A stretch of 64,000 bases of DNA from Macrostomum lignano. Lineage: Eukaryota. Location: positions 1 through 64,000 of the forward strand of contig NIVC01000895.1 in assembly GCA_002269645.1 (NCBI GenBank). The letters run 5' to 3'. Of the stretch, positions 12,736 to 24,665 are shown in pieces. The stretch's first letter is position 1, and each line of letters begins with the position of its first letter. The notes under the pieces were generated by a model that made no database searches, was not told the DNA's origin, and worked only from the letters and a program-made list of their open reading frames with translations. The translations under genes were made by a program, and so were the position numbers.

Positions 12736-15049
12736 ATGTCGCATCAACAGCTGCCTCGTAGTCAACAACACAAGCAAGAAGCAACGAAGACGCCAATTTA
12801 TTTAGACTACAATGCTACTAGTCCAATGTCTTCGCAGTCTCGCGATGCCGTTATTGAAGCTATGTACACCGGCTGGCAGAATCCGAGCGTTTGCAGTCGG
12901 ACTCGCAGCATAGTTGAAGTTGCTCGCAAATCTGTAGCAGATCTGATTGGCTGTCAGCCAGCAGAGTTGATTTTCACATCCGGCGGTACAGAGAGCAATA
13001 ATTGGGCTGTGAAACAGGCTGTTTGGATGTACCGGAATTTGGATAGAGCTGAGAATGCTATTGTTGGTCGGCCTCATGTTGTAGCCAGCTGTATTGAACA
13101 CGACTCGATTCGTAAACCTATTGAACGACTGTTGGCTCTAGGTTTAGTTGATGTAACCTGGTTGCGCATCGACTCAAGCACTGGCGCTCTGGCAAATGTT
13201 GGCGATCTCGTTGCTGCATTGCGCTGGCGCAATACCTGTTTAGTGACCGTGATGTGGGCAAATAATGAGACTGGGGCCATATTTCCCATAGCCGAGGTAT
13301 AAACCAGTGATGTTTACAAAAAGTGTCTGTAAAAACAACTTTTAAGTGCCTCGCTTGACACTTAAGGGAGGTTTCATATAATGCGTAAATTTCAAAAGTC
13401 GCCAAAAATCAAATCAACATGCCAATTATGAAAAAAGCAGAAAACAAGAAGAAACAATACCTAAATTATGAGGCTTAAAACTTTTCTGTGATGTGAAATT
13501 TAGGTCTTGGGAAAGCACCCCATCCTAATCGCAGCCGGTTAGTCCTCGAGTCCTCTTCTCCCGCCTCATCTTCCTAATTTCCTCGCTCCTCTTATATTCT
13601 CTCCTGTCATCTCCCAACTCATCTCTCATCTCATCTTCTCTCTCCCCTTTCATCTCTTATCTCTAGTCTTTAGTCTCTCCCCTCTCCTCTCTTCCTTCTC
13701 CTTTCCTTTCTCACTAGGCCCGCGGCCATGAGCTGGATTCTTTATCTGGCCCCTAAGGTAAAAAAATTGCCGACCCCATGATTTAAAGACTTGAACTAAG
13801 ACGTCCGTTAAAAAACTCAACATCGCACACACTTAGTTGAAAAAATCACGCGAACAAATAATTTCGCAGATTGCAAATGCGCTCTCGGAATGGCGTCGCC
13901 TAAATAGCCTGACAGTCGATTCGTCGTGTTCCTCCTATGCCAACTCTGGCCTGCCATTGTTCCACACTGACGCTTGTCAAGCTGTCGGCAAAGTGCCTGT
14001 CAAAGTTCCCAATGGATTAGATCTCCTAAGCTTGGCTGGTCATAAATTTCAAGGACCCAAAGGTGTTGGGGCGCTGTATTGTAGCGCTAGATTGCGCGCT
14101 AAATTGGCGCCACTGCTGCTTGGCGGCGGACAGGAGAATGGCGTCAGGGCTGGCACTGAGAATACACCGGGACTTGCCGGTCTGGGGGCAGCCGCGCGTC
14201 TGTCGAAGACTCAGTTGGATGATGTTGATGGCAGACAGCCTCTGATGGTACAGCTGGCTGAGATTCGAGATCAGCTGCGGGATAGACTGGTAATTCTGGG
14301 TGTTGAATTGGATTTCCTCTGTGTGTCATTCCTCCTTCGAAACCACCGAAAGTCAATTCGATATCCCAGTAATATGTCAGTCGCTCAATAAAAGCTTCAA
14401 TTCCAATGGCTAGATATCTCAATAGTCATAACGTCACTTTGATTCCAATCCGATGGCTAGATATCTAGATATCTCAATAATCGCTCTGATTCCAATGGCT
14501 AGATATCTCAATAATCGGTTTGATTCTAGTAGCTAGATAATTAAATAACCGCTTCAATTCTAGATTATCTTTAAATGCTATAATTTTCCCTAACATTTCA
14601 CGCAGCTGAACTCCATTAACGATCCGGAGATGTCAGAATTCACCGGCTTTCGACTAATCGTGAACAATAATTTTCCAAACGGTCCCACTCTGCCAAACAC
14701 GCTCAACGTGTCAGTTGTATCAACAAAACTATTGCAATCAGCTGGTCAGAGTAAAGAATTAGCAACTGATAATAATACTGACGATATGGAACTGCGCGAA
14801 GCTGCTTTAGCTAGGAACTATCTACTTAGTAGAGGCCGCATTCTTGCCAGCGCCGGTTCAGCTTGTCACGCCGCCGCCAATTCCGGCGCATCCGCTGTTC
14901 TGTTAGAATCTGGCGTCAATCCTATGGCTGCCAGATCAGCTGTTAGGCTGAGCGTTGGACCGGATACTACCATAGACGATGTTCTGGGCGCGGTTGAGGA
15001 ATTCAATGCGGCTCTGCTGCAGTGGCGAATTGAGCATCCTTCTCGTTGA
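12736..15049 (+). CDS. SCLY: Selenocysteine lyase (NifS-like, PLP class V aminotransferase), 3 exons: 12736-13296, 13870-14289, 14606-15049
   Basis: [48 protein letters not shown] (PLP lysine), GGGQE...GTEN and SAGSACH. It lacks the NFS1-type SGSACTSASLEPS motif and a mitochondrial presequence. Both introns are phase-0 GT..AG. Confidence 0.85.
14395..14570. repeat. Short degenerate tandem repeat (ATTCCAATGGCTAGATATCTCAATA) in SCLY intron 2
   Basis: 3-5 diverged copies. Confidence 0.65.
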
Positions 15050-15624
15050 AAATGTTACCGCGACAAGAGTCTTGTGACTTTTTAACGACTCAAATGACTT
15101 GTTTGATTCTACAGCGACTCAGTCTCAAATAGACTTTTAGGCGACTTGTACTGCGAAATCTTATCGTTTTAGAGTTGTCTGAAGTCACTTTTTTTTCTAT
15201 TTTGTTGATTTGCAACGATTCTGGAGCGACGAAAGTCGTGGCTCTGGGACGCTTCTTTGGCCTGGGTACCATTTTAATCGGATTTATTAATGATTGTTTT
15301 ACGGTAGCCACATTTTATGTGTTGCACATACAGCATTTCTGATTCTAGGCTTGTACAGATCTGAAATACTAACAACAGTTGAATTCATGTACAGTAGTTG
15401 CTTGTTGACTGAGTCTCACTTTTTTCTATGCCAAAATATGCTTTTTTCGTGCTAAATACACAGAAGTTTTTGTTTTTCTTTTTATTGGGATTTTAATTAT
15501 AGTTGCATAGTTATTGGTTTTCTTATTTCATTTGCTCGTAGAAACGGTAAATTAAAAAAAATTCGATGATTGTCTGTCTTTTGGGTTTCTTGTCTTAGTT
15601 GATTTGTGTCCTTTTTTCCTATGC

Positions 15625-15905
15625 ACATTTGTCTCTCTGTTACTGTGTGAGTGTCTCTGTCTATGTCTGTCTGTCCGTCTGTCTGTCTTTCTCTTAGTTT
15701 CTGTCTGTCTGTCTGTCTGCCTGCCTATCTGTCTGTCTGTCTGTCTCAGTGTCTGTCTGTCTTTCTCTTAGTGTCTGTCTGTCTGTCTGTCTGCCTGCCT
15801 ATCTGTCTGTCTGTCTGTCTGTCTCAGTGTCTGTCTGTCCGTCTGTCTGTCTTTCTCTTAGTGTCTGTCTGTCTGTTTGTCTGTCTGCCTGTCTAGCTGT
15901 CTGTC
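15625..15905. repeat. (CTGT)n microsatellite
   Basis: Direct reading. Confidence 0.92.
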
Positions 15906-16066
15906 TCCCTAGAAAATTGTTATTTTTCTCATCTCTACTATGAACTTTACTTGAGCAATCAAAGAATCAATATCAAGTCTTCTACAAAAACGCACTCCCA
16001 CAGCGAGCAGCAGCTCAGTAGCAAGTTGTCAATCAAGCAAGCCATCCATCAGCAGTGCAGCTTGGC

Positions 16067-19000
16067 ATGGCCTCAAACAGCGTGATCAAGCCGAAGACTC
16101 AAGCCGGCAAGCGAGCATTAGCCAGGCGAGAAGAGAAGGTGATAGAAAACACAAAGTCATGCTTACTCATCCGCGGCGGCAATACTAGCGAAGCCATTGG
16201 TTCCTGTCTAAAAGATTTGTACAGCTTAAAAAAGCCGCACGCTCTGATGCTGAAACGCCGCAATCCAATTTTACCATTCGAAGAGATTAGCTTTGTTGAA
16301 AAGATGAGTCGAAAGTACGACTGCTCGCTATTCGCTTTTGCAAGCCATTCGAAAAAGCGACCGAATAATCTGGTGCTAGGCAGGCTATTCAACTACCAGC
16401 TGCTGGATATGATTGAGTTTGGCGTTGAAGGCTACCAGCCATTGTGTACTTTTCCCGTTGCCAAGGTGCCTGTTGGCACTAAGCCATGTCTTAGCTTTCA
16501 GGTGAGTCTAATTGCTGAACATTATTCAAATATTATTTTATTGTAGTTTGGCTTAGACAGGATGACTGTGATAACTGTGATCTAGACATGTGGCTACTGT
16601 AATCTAGACGTGTGATTGCTGTCATCTAGACATTCTGATTGCTGTCATCTAGGCATTGTGATTGCTGTCATCTAGGTTTTGTGATTGCTGTCATCTAGGC
16701 ATTGTGATTGCTGTCATCTAGGCATTGTGATTGCTGTCATCTAGGCATTGTGATTGCTGTCATCTAGGCATTGTGATTGCTGTCATCTAGAGATTATGAT
16801 TACTGTTATCTAGACATTGTGATTGATGTCATCTAGGCATTGTGATTACTGTTATCTAGACATTGTGATTGCTGTCATCTAGACATTGTGATTGCTGTCA
16901 TCTAGACATTGTGATTGCTGTCATCTAGACATTATGATTACTGTTATCTAGACATTGTGATTGCTGTCATCTAGACATTGTGATTGCTGTCATCTAGACA
17001 TTATGATTACTGTTATCTAGACATTGTGATTGCTGTCATCTAGGCATTATGATTACTGTTATCTAGACATTGTGATTGCTGTCATCTAGGCATTGTTATT
17101 GCTGTCATCTAGACATTGTGATTGCTGTCATCTAGACATTGTGATTGCTGTCATCTAGGCATCTAATGAGTGAAATCTAGATGGGATATGGCCGATCAAT
17201 ATATTTAAATATGTTTTGGCCATCTTAGCCAATAATCTTGGCATCTAGACATCCTAGGCTATGATTTAGACAAATTAGTGTGCTATGACTGATTTGATTA
17301 AACCTGGTGAATGCGATCTGAAAAATCTCTCCTACACCTTAAAACAATTATTTTAAGGGCGAAGAGTTCGACAGCGACCCAACTCTGATGGCTATTAAGA
17401 ACCTGCTGCTGGACATGTTCCAAGGTCCTCGGGTTGAGAAGATTCGTCTCCAAGGCATTGAGCACCTGATTCAATTCTCCTATTGCGATGGCCAGATTCT
17501 TGTCAGGTGAGGCTTTTGTGACGCATATCATTGATGCGACTCCTACTTTCTTAATGATATCCCAGAATATTCCCAAAAAGAAAGCAAATCTGGGGGCGAC
17601 TTGTGACGATTTACCGGCAGACTCGAATTTAACTGACGAAGACAAATACAGCAGAGGCAAATTGTGTAGCGGTAGCACTCGATGATAGTGACGAATGATG
17701 CGGGCGGTGGCCGCAGTTCTCATTTATTGTAACGGTATGAGTGGATAGTTAGGGCTCATTATTATCAATTCCGTCTGGGTAGTTAATAGAGATGAGCCGG
17801 AGTATTTGCTGAATCAGTAAGGAATGCACTGGGCGGCTGCGCAACAATAAGATAGATGATAGATGATAGAGCGAGTCGATGAGCCTGAGGCAGTGGCGAT
17901 GATGTGATGACAGTGATCGTGTGGTGGCGGTACTCGTAGCGAGAACCCTTTACAGACGGTAGTGGTGGCGTGGTCGAGAATTGGCAGAGGCGTGGTTTAG
18001 AACTGTGGCAGAGCGAGACGGGTAAACAGCAAACAAGGGTGAAAAACAGGGGTCTAAAAACAAATGTCTAACCACGGGCGCCCCAGCCAGACAGGACTGA
18101 TAAGGAGCGGGCTGGGGTGGGTGCGCGAGGAGAGCTTAATATCAGGCTAGCATAATATATGCGCGGCTTTTCTATTGGCCGGCGAGAAAAACCAACTTGA
18201 AAACAGAAATTATCGATCGCATTGTACATAGGCTTTACAAACGCACGCAATGTTGTTTAAAATTCTTTGGGCATTATTATAAGCAGACGTTAGAGTACGA
18301 GACCATTAAATTAACAATATTATAGCTTTCGCTAAAACGGCCCTTGTCGGGGCTACCTCAACTGACAACGTCACAGACTCAAGCGACTGTAAATGCGACG
18401 GATATGCGACTGTTGAGTCACGAGCGCATCATATAACAGCTCCTGTGATGGATGACCCTTGTTCAATCGCATCAATCAGCCGCTGGCGATCTGCTACAGG
18501 AATTGCTGGCGCCACTGAATGGCGTCGCTTTCAGGCCAAAGACGAGCAAACCGGGGAGGAGGGAGGGACAGAGAGCCATAAAATCTCAGTCCGATTCCCG
18601 TTTTGAATGGATTTTTCCCATATTGAATGTCCAAAGTTATAGTCTATGGCCAAGCCTCCCTCAGTAGACTTTGCTAAACTGCTTAAGTTCATGACTAGGG
18701 TGCGATCTGTGGCCTGGCTTGAATGTCTATGGCGTCCCGTTTTGATTGTCTCTTGACTCTTGGAGGAATTTTTTTGGCGACTTGTACCGTGACATCTTGC
18801 TGTTTTAGAGTCTTCTAGAGGAACTTCTTTCCTATTTTTTACCTGTGTTACCTACGACTCTTGAGGCGACGCAAGTGACTGGGGATCAGTCGTCAGATCA
18901 ACCATCCCAAACCGAACCCGCAGATCCTATCGCATCCTGCTGAAGAGCTCCGGTTCGAAAATTCCCCGAGTCGAGCTGTTCGAAATGGGTCCGCGTTTCG

Positions 19001-19284
19001 GTTTGCGGCTGCGCAGGCACAAGCTGGCAACGCCGGAGCAGTTTAAGCAGGCTCGCCGTCAGCCCAAAGTTGCCACGATCAAGAAGATCAAGAACATTGT
19101 GCCGGACGATGGTCTGGGCAATCGTCTCGGTCGTGTGCACGTCGGCCGGCAAGAGTTGGACAAACTGCAGACAAGAAAGGTCAAGGCTTTGAAACGACCT
19201 CGAGAGGATTTCAATGCCGCCGATGGGAAGAAGATTAAAAAACGACGTTTGTCGGATAATAAGAAGCAAAAGAATAAGGGATGA
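16067..19284 (+). CDS. RPF2: Ribosome production factor 2 (Brix domain), 3 exons: 16067-16501, 17358-17506, 18924-19284
   Basis: KPKTQAGKRAL, SHSKKRPNNLVLGR and DMIEFG; a middle exon found by hand (GEEFDSDPTLMAIKNLLLDMFQGPRVEKIRLQGIEH); then RSYRILLK..PRVELFEMGP and LDKLQTRKVKALK. Intron phases 0 and 2 are consistent. Confidence 0.93.
16565..17170. repeat. 23-bp minisatellite (TGTGATTGCTGTCATCTAGRCAT) in RPF2 intron 1
   Basis: Direct reading. Confidence 0.93.
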
Positions 19285-19407
19285 AATTGATTTGGGAAGG
19301 TATCCTGTACCTCTGTTATGCAGTTTAAATTGCTTTTGCTTTAAGGCATCTTGGTAATATTGCAAGACCAATCATTAACGATCACATTGAATAGCTATTA
19401 TCAACCA

Positions 19408-19790
19408 ACCATAGCAACCAATTGATTACATCCACGCCATAGCAACCGATTAATTACATGCACTCCATTGCAACCGATTAATTACATGCACTCCATTGCA
19501 ACCGATTAATTACATCCACTCCATAGCAACTGATAAATTATATCCACTCCATAGCAGCTGATTAATTATATCCACTCCATAGCAACCGATTAATTACATC
19601 CACTCCATAGCAACCAGTTAATTACATCCACTCCATAGCAACCAGTTAATTAAATCCACACCATAGCAACCAGTTAATTAAATCCACTCCATAGCAACCA
19701 GTTAATTACATCCACTCCATAGCAACCAGTTAATTACATCCACACCATAGCAACCGATTTAACTACATCCACTCCATAGCAACCAACCCA
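19408..19790. repeat. 28-bp minisatellite (CCATAGCAACCGATTAATTACATCCACT)
   Basis: Direct reading. Confidence 0.92.
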
Positions 19791-20322
19791 TAACCTTTAC
19801 AGGAAATTCATCAAACAAACAACCTAAACAAGAAAAAAGAATCTAGGTTTCTCTTAGTCTAGGTGGGTGCTTCTTAAACTTGGCAATATTCATGAACTGC
19901 ACTTCAGTAGCTACAATGTAAGGACCGGTTTGTTTTCAAAACATTTTCCCACTATGCGCATTTTCATTAATTGCTAAAAGCAAAGTTTTGAAAGCAAAAA
20001 TTTCAATTGTCTGCCGTCTTGTCTGTTATTGTCAGCTGGACAAATTTAAATACACGCGCAAACTGGCGAGGAATTTTACTCGCTGTAATGTTTTTGAATA
20101 TTGTTTCTGCGATTTACAATTTTTTTATAAATCGTTATCTAGGCTTTGTGATCAGGGATATTTTGTAGAAACTCCCATTCATTTCGAGGTGTCGACTTGA
20201 ATAAAAATACAAACAATAATATCACCCGGCCAGTCAGTGGGATTTAATAAGGAGATGAACTCTAGAAGTATACTACTAGTAGTAGTTAAGCCCACAACTC
20301 TTAAGTAATAATACTACTACTT

Positions 20323-20355
20323 CCACGACTACTACTACTACTAGTACTAGTACTA

Positions 20356-20398
<43 letters not shown>

Positions 20399-20416
20399 TT
20401 GCTACTACTACTACTG

Positions 20417-20458
<42 letters not shown>

Positions 20459-20660
20459 TTGCTACTACTACTACTGCTACTACTACTACTAATACTACTA
20501 CTACTGCTACTACTACTACTACTACTACTGCTACTACTACTACTACTACTAGTACTACTGCTACTACTACTACTAATCCTATTACTAATACTTCTACTAC
20601 TACTACTGTTATCATTATTATTTTTTTTTGTTACTATTATTATTATTGGTATTATTACTG
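20323..20660. repeat. (ACT)n/(ATT)n microsatellite
   Basis: Direct reading. Confidence 0.95.
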
Positions 20661-20729
20661 CTATAAGGATCGTTAAATTCCAGTTTTTACGCGTCACCCA
20701 TTAAATCCTGGCTAAACTTGATCAAATTC

Positions 20730-21371
20730 ATGCCAATCATCTCTATGGCTCGACTCGTTCTCATTCGCCGACTTTGCACGGCAGCCTTAGAGACCCAGCA
20801 GCAGGAAAAGTTGAAAGCAAATTTCTGGCATCGTCAGTATTCGAATCTGTCCTCTTATCTACGCCGGCTTCTAGTAGATTACCGACAAGCTGCCGCGGAA
20901 GCCCTGGCCGACATGGAGTCTGCACCGCGTAAAACTCTGGCTTACCTGTTTGTGGCCTCATTAGGCATTGTGGCTTGGCGAAACAATCCAAGCTACGGGG
21001 ATTACACTAATCAGTTGCGACAGTGCAGCCTACAGTTGGGACAATTATCCCCATCGGTTAGAAGTCCCCGATGCGCTGAGTTTATTAACCGACTGTGCCA
21101 ATTGAGAGATGCTCAACAATTGAGACGGTTGAATCTGGGATTTGTCTCGTTGCTATGGGCTACGGAGCTGAGCTCGGACTGTCGACTGCCCGATCACACT
21201 TGCGAGCATTTGAAACCGCGCTGGACTCGATTGAGACCAATTGATGTTGGCTGTTTCTCTCGCTGGATTCTGCTGTCGGGTGCCCTCAGGGACTCGGATG
21301 TCAACGAGGCGGAGTGGGGACAGTTGAGGCTTTCACCGGCTGATCCTGTAATTAGCGATGCCTGGGACTGA
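20730..21371 (+). CDS. TIMM29: Mitochondrial TIM22 complex subunit Tim29
   Basis: LLVDYRQAA, a transmembrane segment, LRRLNLGFVSLLW, CEHLKPRW and DVGCFSRWILL..RDSDVNE.EW match C19orf52/TIMM29 as I recall it. First ATG at 20730. Confidence 0.8.
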   Translation: MPIISMARLVLIRRLCTAALETQQQEKLKANFWHRQYSNLSSYLRRLLVDYRQAAAEALADMESAPRKTLAYLFVASLGIVAWRNNPSYGDYTNQLRQCSLQLGQLSPSVRSPRCAEFINRLCQLRDAQQLRRLNLGFVSLLWATELSSDCRLPDHTCEHLKPRWTRLRPIDVGCFSRWILLSGALRDSDVNEAEWGQLRLSPADPVISDAWD

Positions 21372-21633
21372 TGTGTCTGAGGCTATGCTAATTTTAGTTA
21401 TTAAACTGTTTCAAACTGTTTAGAAAAATACATATGGAAATCGGCATTTTTGTTAACGAAAAGTTTTTTTTGTGTTGTAGCATCTTCCAATTTTATATCG
21501 ATTGGCGTTGGTATTAAACAGAATTTAATAGCTAATAATTTCTGTATTGATTTTTCAAGTGTGTTTGTATTTAAACAAACTAATAGAACCATGCCATTCC
21601 GCTTACCGTTTAGCGAGCATGCATAACTTTGCC

Positions 21634-22575
21634 ATCCATAGCAACAACACTATAGCAACCACACCATAGCAACCAATCCATAGCAACCACACCATAGCAA
21701 CCACACTATAGCAACCAACCTATAAAAGCCACACCATAGCAACCGCACCATAACAACCGCACCATAGCAACCACACCATAGCAACCACACCATAGCAACC
21801 AATCCATAGCAACCGCACCATAGCAACCACACCATAGCAACCGCACCATAGCAACAACACCATAGCAACCACACCATAGCAACCACACTATAGCAACCAA
21901 CTTATAAAAGCCACACCATAGCCACCGCACCATAACAACCGCACCATAGCAACCACACCATAGCACCCACACCATAGCAACCATACTATAGCAACCAACT
22001 TATAAAAGACACACCATAGCAACCGCACCATAACAACCGCACCATAGCAACCACACCATAGCACCCAACCTACAAAAACTACACCATAGCAATCGCACCA
22101 TAGCAACCACACCATAACAACCAAACCTACAGCAACCACACCATAGCAACCAACCTGTATAAACCACACCTTAGCAACCGCACCATAGCAACCAATCCAT
22201 AGCAACCGCACCATAGCAACCACACCATAGCAATCGCACCATAGCAACCACACCATAACAACCAAACTTACAGCAACCACACCATAGCAACCAACCTGTA
22301 TAAACCACACCTTAGCAACCGCACCATAGCAATCACCATAGCTACCAACCTATAGCAACCACCATAGGCACCACCATAGCAACCAACCTATAAAAACTAC
22401 ACCATAGCAACCGCACCATAGCAACCACACCATAACAACCAAACCTACAGCAACCACACCATAGCAACCAACCTGTATAAACCACACCTTAGCAACCGCA
22501 CCATAGCAACTGCACCATAGCAATCACACCATAGCAACTGCACCATAGCAATCACACCATAGCAACCAACCTATA
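21634..22575. repeat. Minisatellite of about 15 bp built on CACCATAGCAAC
   Basis: Direct reading. Confidence 0.93.
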
Positions 22576-22734
22576 TATCTAACCGCCGCCATCAGCATGA
22601 ACCTCATGGTAGGAACCTATAATTACAAACCATTCGTCTAGTATGCATACTAGCTATCTCATATTAGAAGTCATAAATGTAAAAGGTCAAAGCACTTCAC
22701 GCACTGACTTTAACTACATGTACATCTTACTGCC

Positions 22735-23969
22735 ATGAGCTCGCAACGGGGCAACGCCAATCGAAGTAGGCCTCAGAAACACCAGAATAGTCATGCATTC
22801 AAGAACAGCATCCATGACACTTCTCAGCGTACAAAAACTGTCAATCAACTGAATTTTGGCGGCCTCACCTGTCAGCGCTGCAAAGATATTTTAGACTGGA
22901 AGGTGAAGTATAAAAAGTACAAGCTGCCTACTCAGCCAAGGAAGTGCGTGCGTTGCGAGAAACGGTGCATACAGAGCGCTTATTTCACTGTGAGTTGAAC
23001 TTCTGTACGGATTCTATGGGTTGCTTTTCAAGCTTTTGATTTAGTCATCTATTTTGGTATAGTGAATGAGCTCCCACACTATGACCAGTTTTTATGGGCA
23101 TGACTAGTAGCACTATGACCAGTTTCTATGGGCATGACTAGTAGCACTATGACCAGTTTCTATCGGCATGACTAGTAGCACTATGACCAGTTTCTATGAG
23201 TATGACTGGTAGCACTATGACCAGTTTCTATAGCTATGACTAGTAGCACTATGACCAGTTTCACTATGACCATTTTCTATGGGTATGACCAATTTCTATG
23301 GGTATTAAAAGCAGCACCATGACCAGTTTTTATGAGTATAACAAGTAGCACTATGACCAGTTTCTATAGCTATGTCTAGTAGCACTATGACCATTTTCTA
23401 TGGGTATGACCAGTTGCACTATGACCAGTTTCTATAGCTATGACTAGTAGCACTATGACCATTTTCTATGGGTATGACCAGTTGCACTATGACCATTTTC
23501 TATGGGTATGACCAGTTGCACTATGACCATTTTCTATGGGTATGACCAGTTTCTATGGGTATTAACAGTAGCACTATGACCAGTTTCTATAGCTATGACT
23601 AGTAGCACAATGACCAGTTTTCTATGGTATCTCTTCTCTCTCTCTCTCTCCTAGGTGTGTCAGAGCTGCGCCCGTGAACGAGCCGAATGTCAGAAGTGCG
23701 CCCAGCAGCGAGAGCTGACCCCCGCAGAGGCGCCATCGGTGGCAAATCAGTCAGCCGGAGCGGCAGCGGCCGCAGCTGCCAACCTCGACTCGGAGATGCA
23801 GCAGCTGCGCGAACGGGACAAGCGAACGTTTCTGCGACTGTTGCAGGCGGAACGGTTCGAGACTGCCGCACAGGCTTCGGCTTGGATCCGGCACCGGCTG
23901 GGAGAGTCAGATGATGGGTCAGGTGATGACGGAGAGTACGAAGAAGAAAGCGAAGAAGACAATCAATGA
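22735..23969 (+). CDS. C9orf85: C9orf85-like (DUF2039) Cys-rich protein, 2 exons: 22735-22989, 23655-23969
   Basis: MSSQRGNANRSRPQKHQN, CQRCKDILDWKVKYKKYK, KCVRC, VCQSCA...CQKCA and an acidic tail. Phase-0 intron. Confidence 0.9.
23078..23620. repeat. Minisatellite of about 34 bp (CACTATGACCAGTTTCTATGGGCATGACTAGTAG) in the C9orf85 intron
   Basis: Direct reading. Confidence 0.9.
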
Positions 23970-24112
23970 AAAATGCCTGCAACTTGGAATTGTTAAACTG
24001 ACATGCTTTTAGTAATAATCTTGTACCCGATTCAAATATATACGTAACAGTCAGTTTATGGTATTATGGAATTGAAAATGCTTTTTTACCTTTTTAATTT
24101 ATTAATCCATGT

Positions 24113-24477
24113 AGAGCCCAGTGGTCCAGTGCGGCGCTCTGATGTCCCAGCGGCCCAGGCTCGATTCCAAGTGCAGTCACATTAATTTGGGGCTGAATTG
24201 GAATCTCATCTTGGCTCTGCTCGTGCAATTAACGCCTTTGAAGGGCCAACCCCCAAGGCGCAGTGAAGTGTACATGCCTAACGATAAATAAAGTTAGGGC
24301 CGCTGTACACTCCTGTGTGAGTGTGTGCCTGTGCGTCTGACTGCGTACGTATCCGCGCGCTTGTGTGCCTGCTCAGGGGAGTCGGCGGAATGGGCAGCAA
24401 TGCCTCTCGCCGGTTGTGTGACAATGTCGCTTAAAGTGCGCCAGGGTGCACCCAGCCCCTGCCTGTAATCTAAAAAG
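24113..24477 (+). mobile_element. tRNA-derived SINE-like element, near full length
   Basis: A-box-like GAGCCCAGTGG and B-box-like GGCTCGATTCC, followed by a body shared with copies at 41873, 44430, 46776, 50320 and 51895; A-rich end. Confidence 0.72.
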
Positions 24478-24491
24478 GGTTCCCTAGTATT

Positions 24492-24624
24492 GTTGCTATA
24501 GCAACTAGCGTGATTGATCCGGGCCGAGTTATCTCTAGACCCCTTATCGTCTTTAGACTGCTGGTTTCTGGTCTACAAATTCGGGATTCTAGAATAGGCA
24601 CCTCAGCAGTATTGCCATGGCAAC
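24492..24624 (+). promoter_or_regulatory. Two RFX X-box-like palindromes upstream of the SDR ATG
   Basis: GTTGCTATAGCAAC at 24492-24505 and ATTGCCATGGCAAC at 24611-24624. Confidence 0.5.
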
Positions 24625-24665
24625 TAGCGCACATTGAAAAGTACAAGTATACGCTTCCCTCATTC

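Noticed and set aside
17298-17723. 141-aa minus-strand ORF
   Set aside because: Antisense shadow of RPF2 exon 2 (17358-17506).
17728-18300. TGTAACGG start suggesting a solo LTR in RPF2 intron 2
   Set aside because: No matching CA end with a target-site duplication, and no PBS or PPT found.
20301-20704. Poly-V, poly-S and poly-L ORFs
   Set aside because: (ACT)n microsatellite.
24510-24665. N-terminal extension of the SDR ORF from the GTG at 24510
   Set aside because: Not SDR-like; the Rossmann motif starts right after the ATG at 24666.
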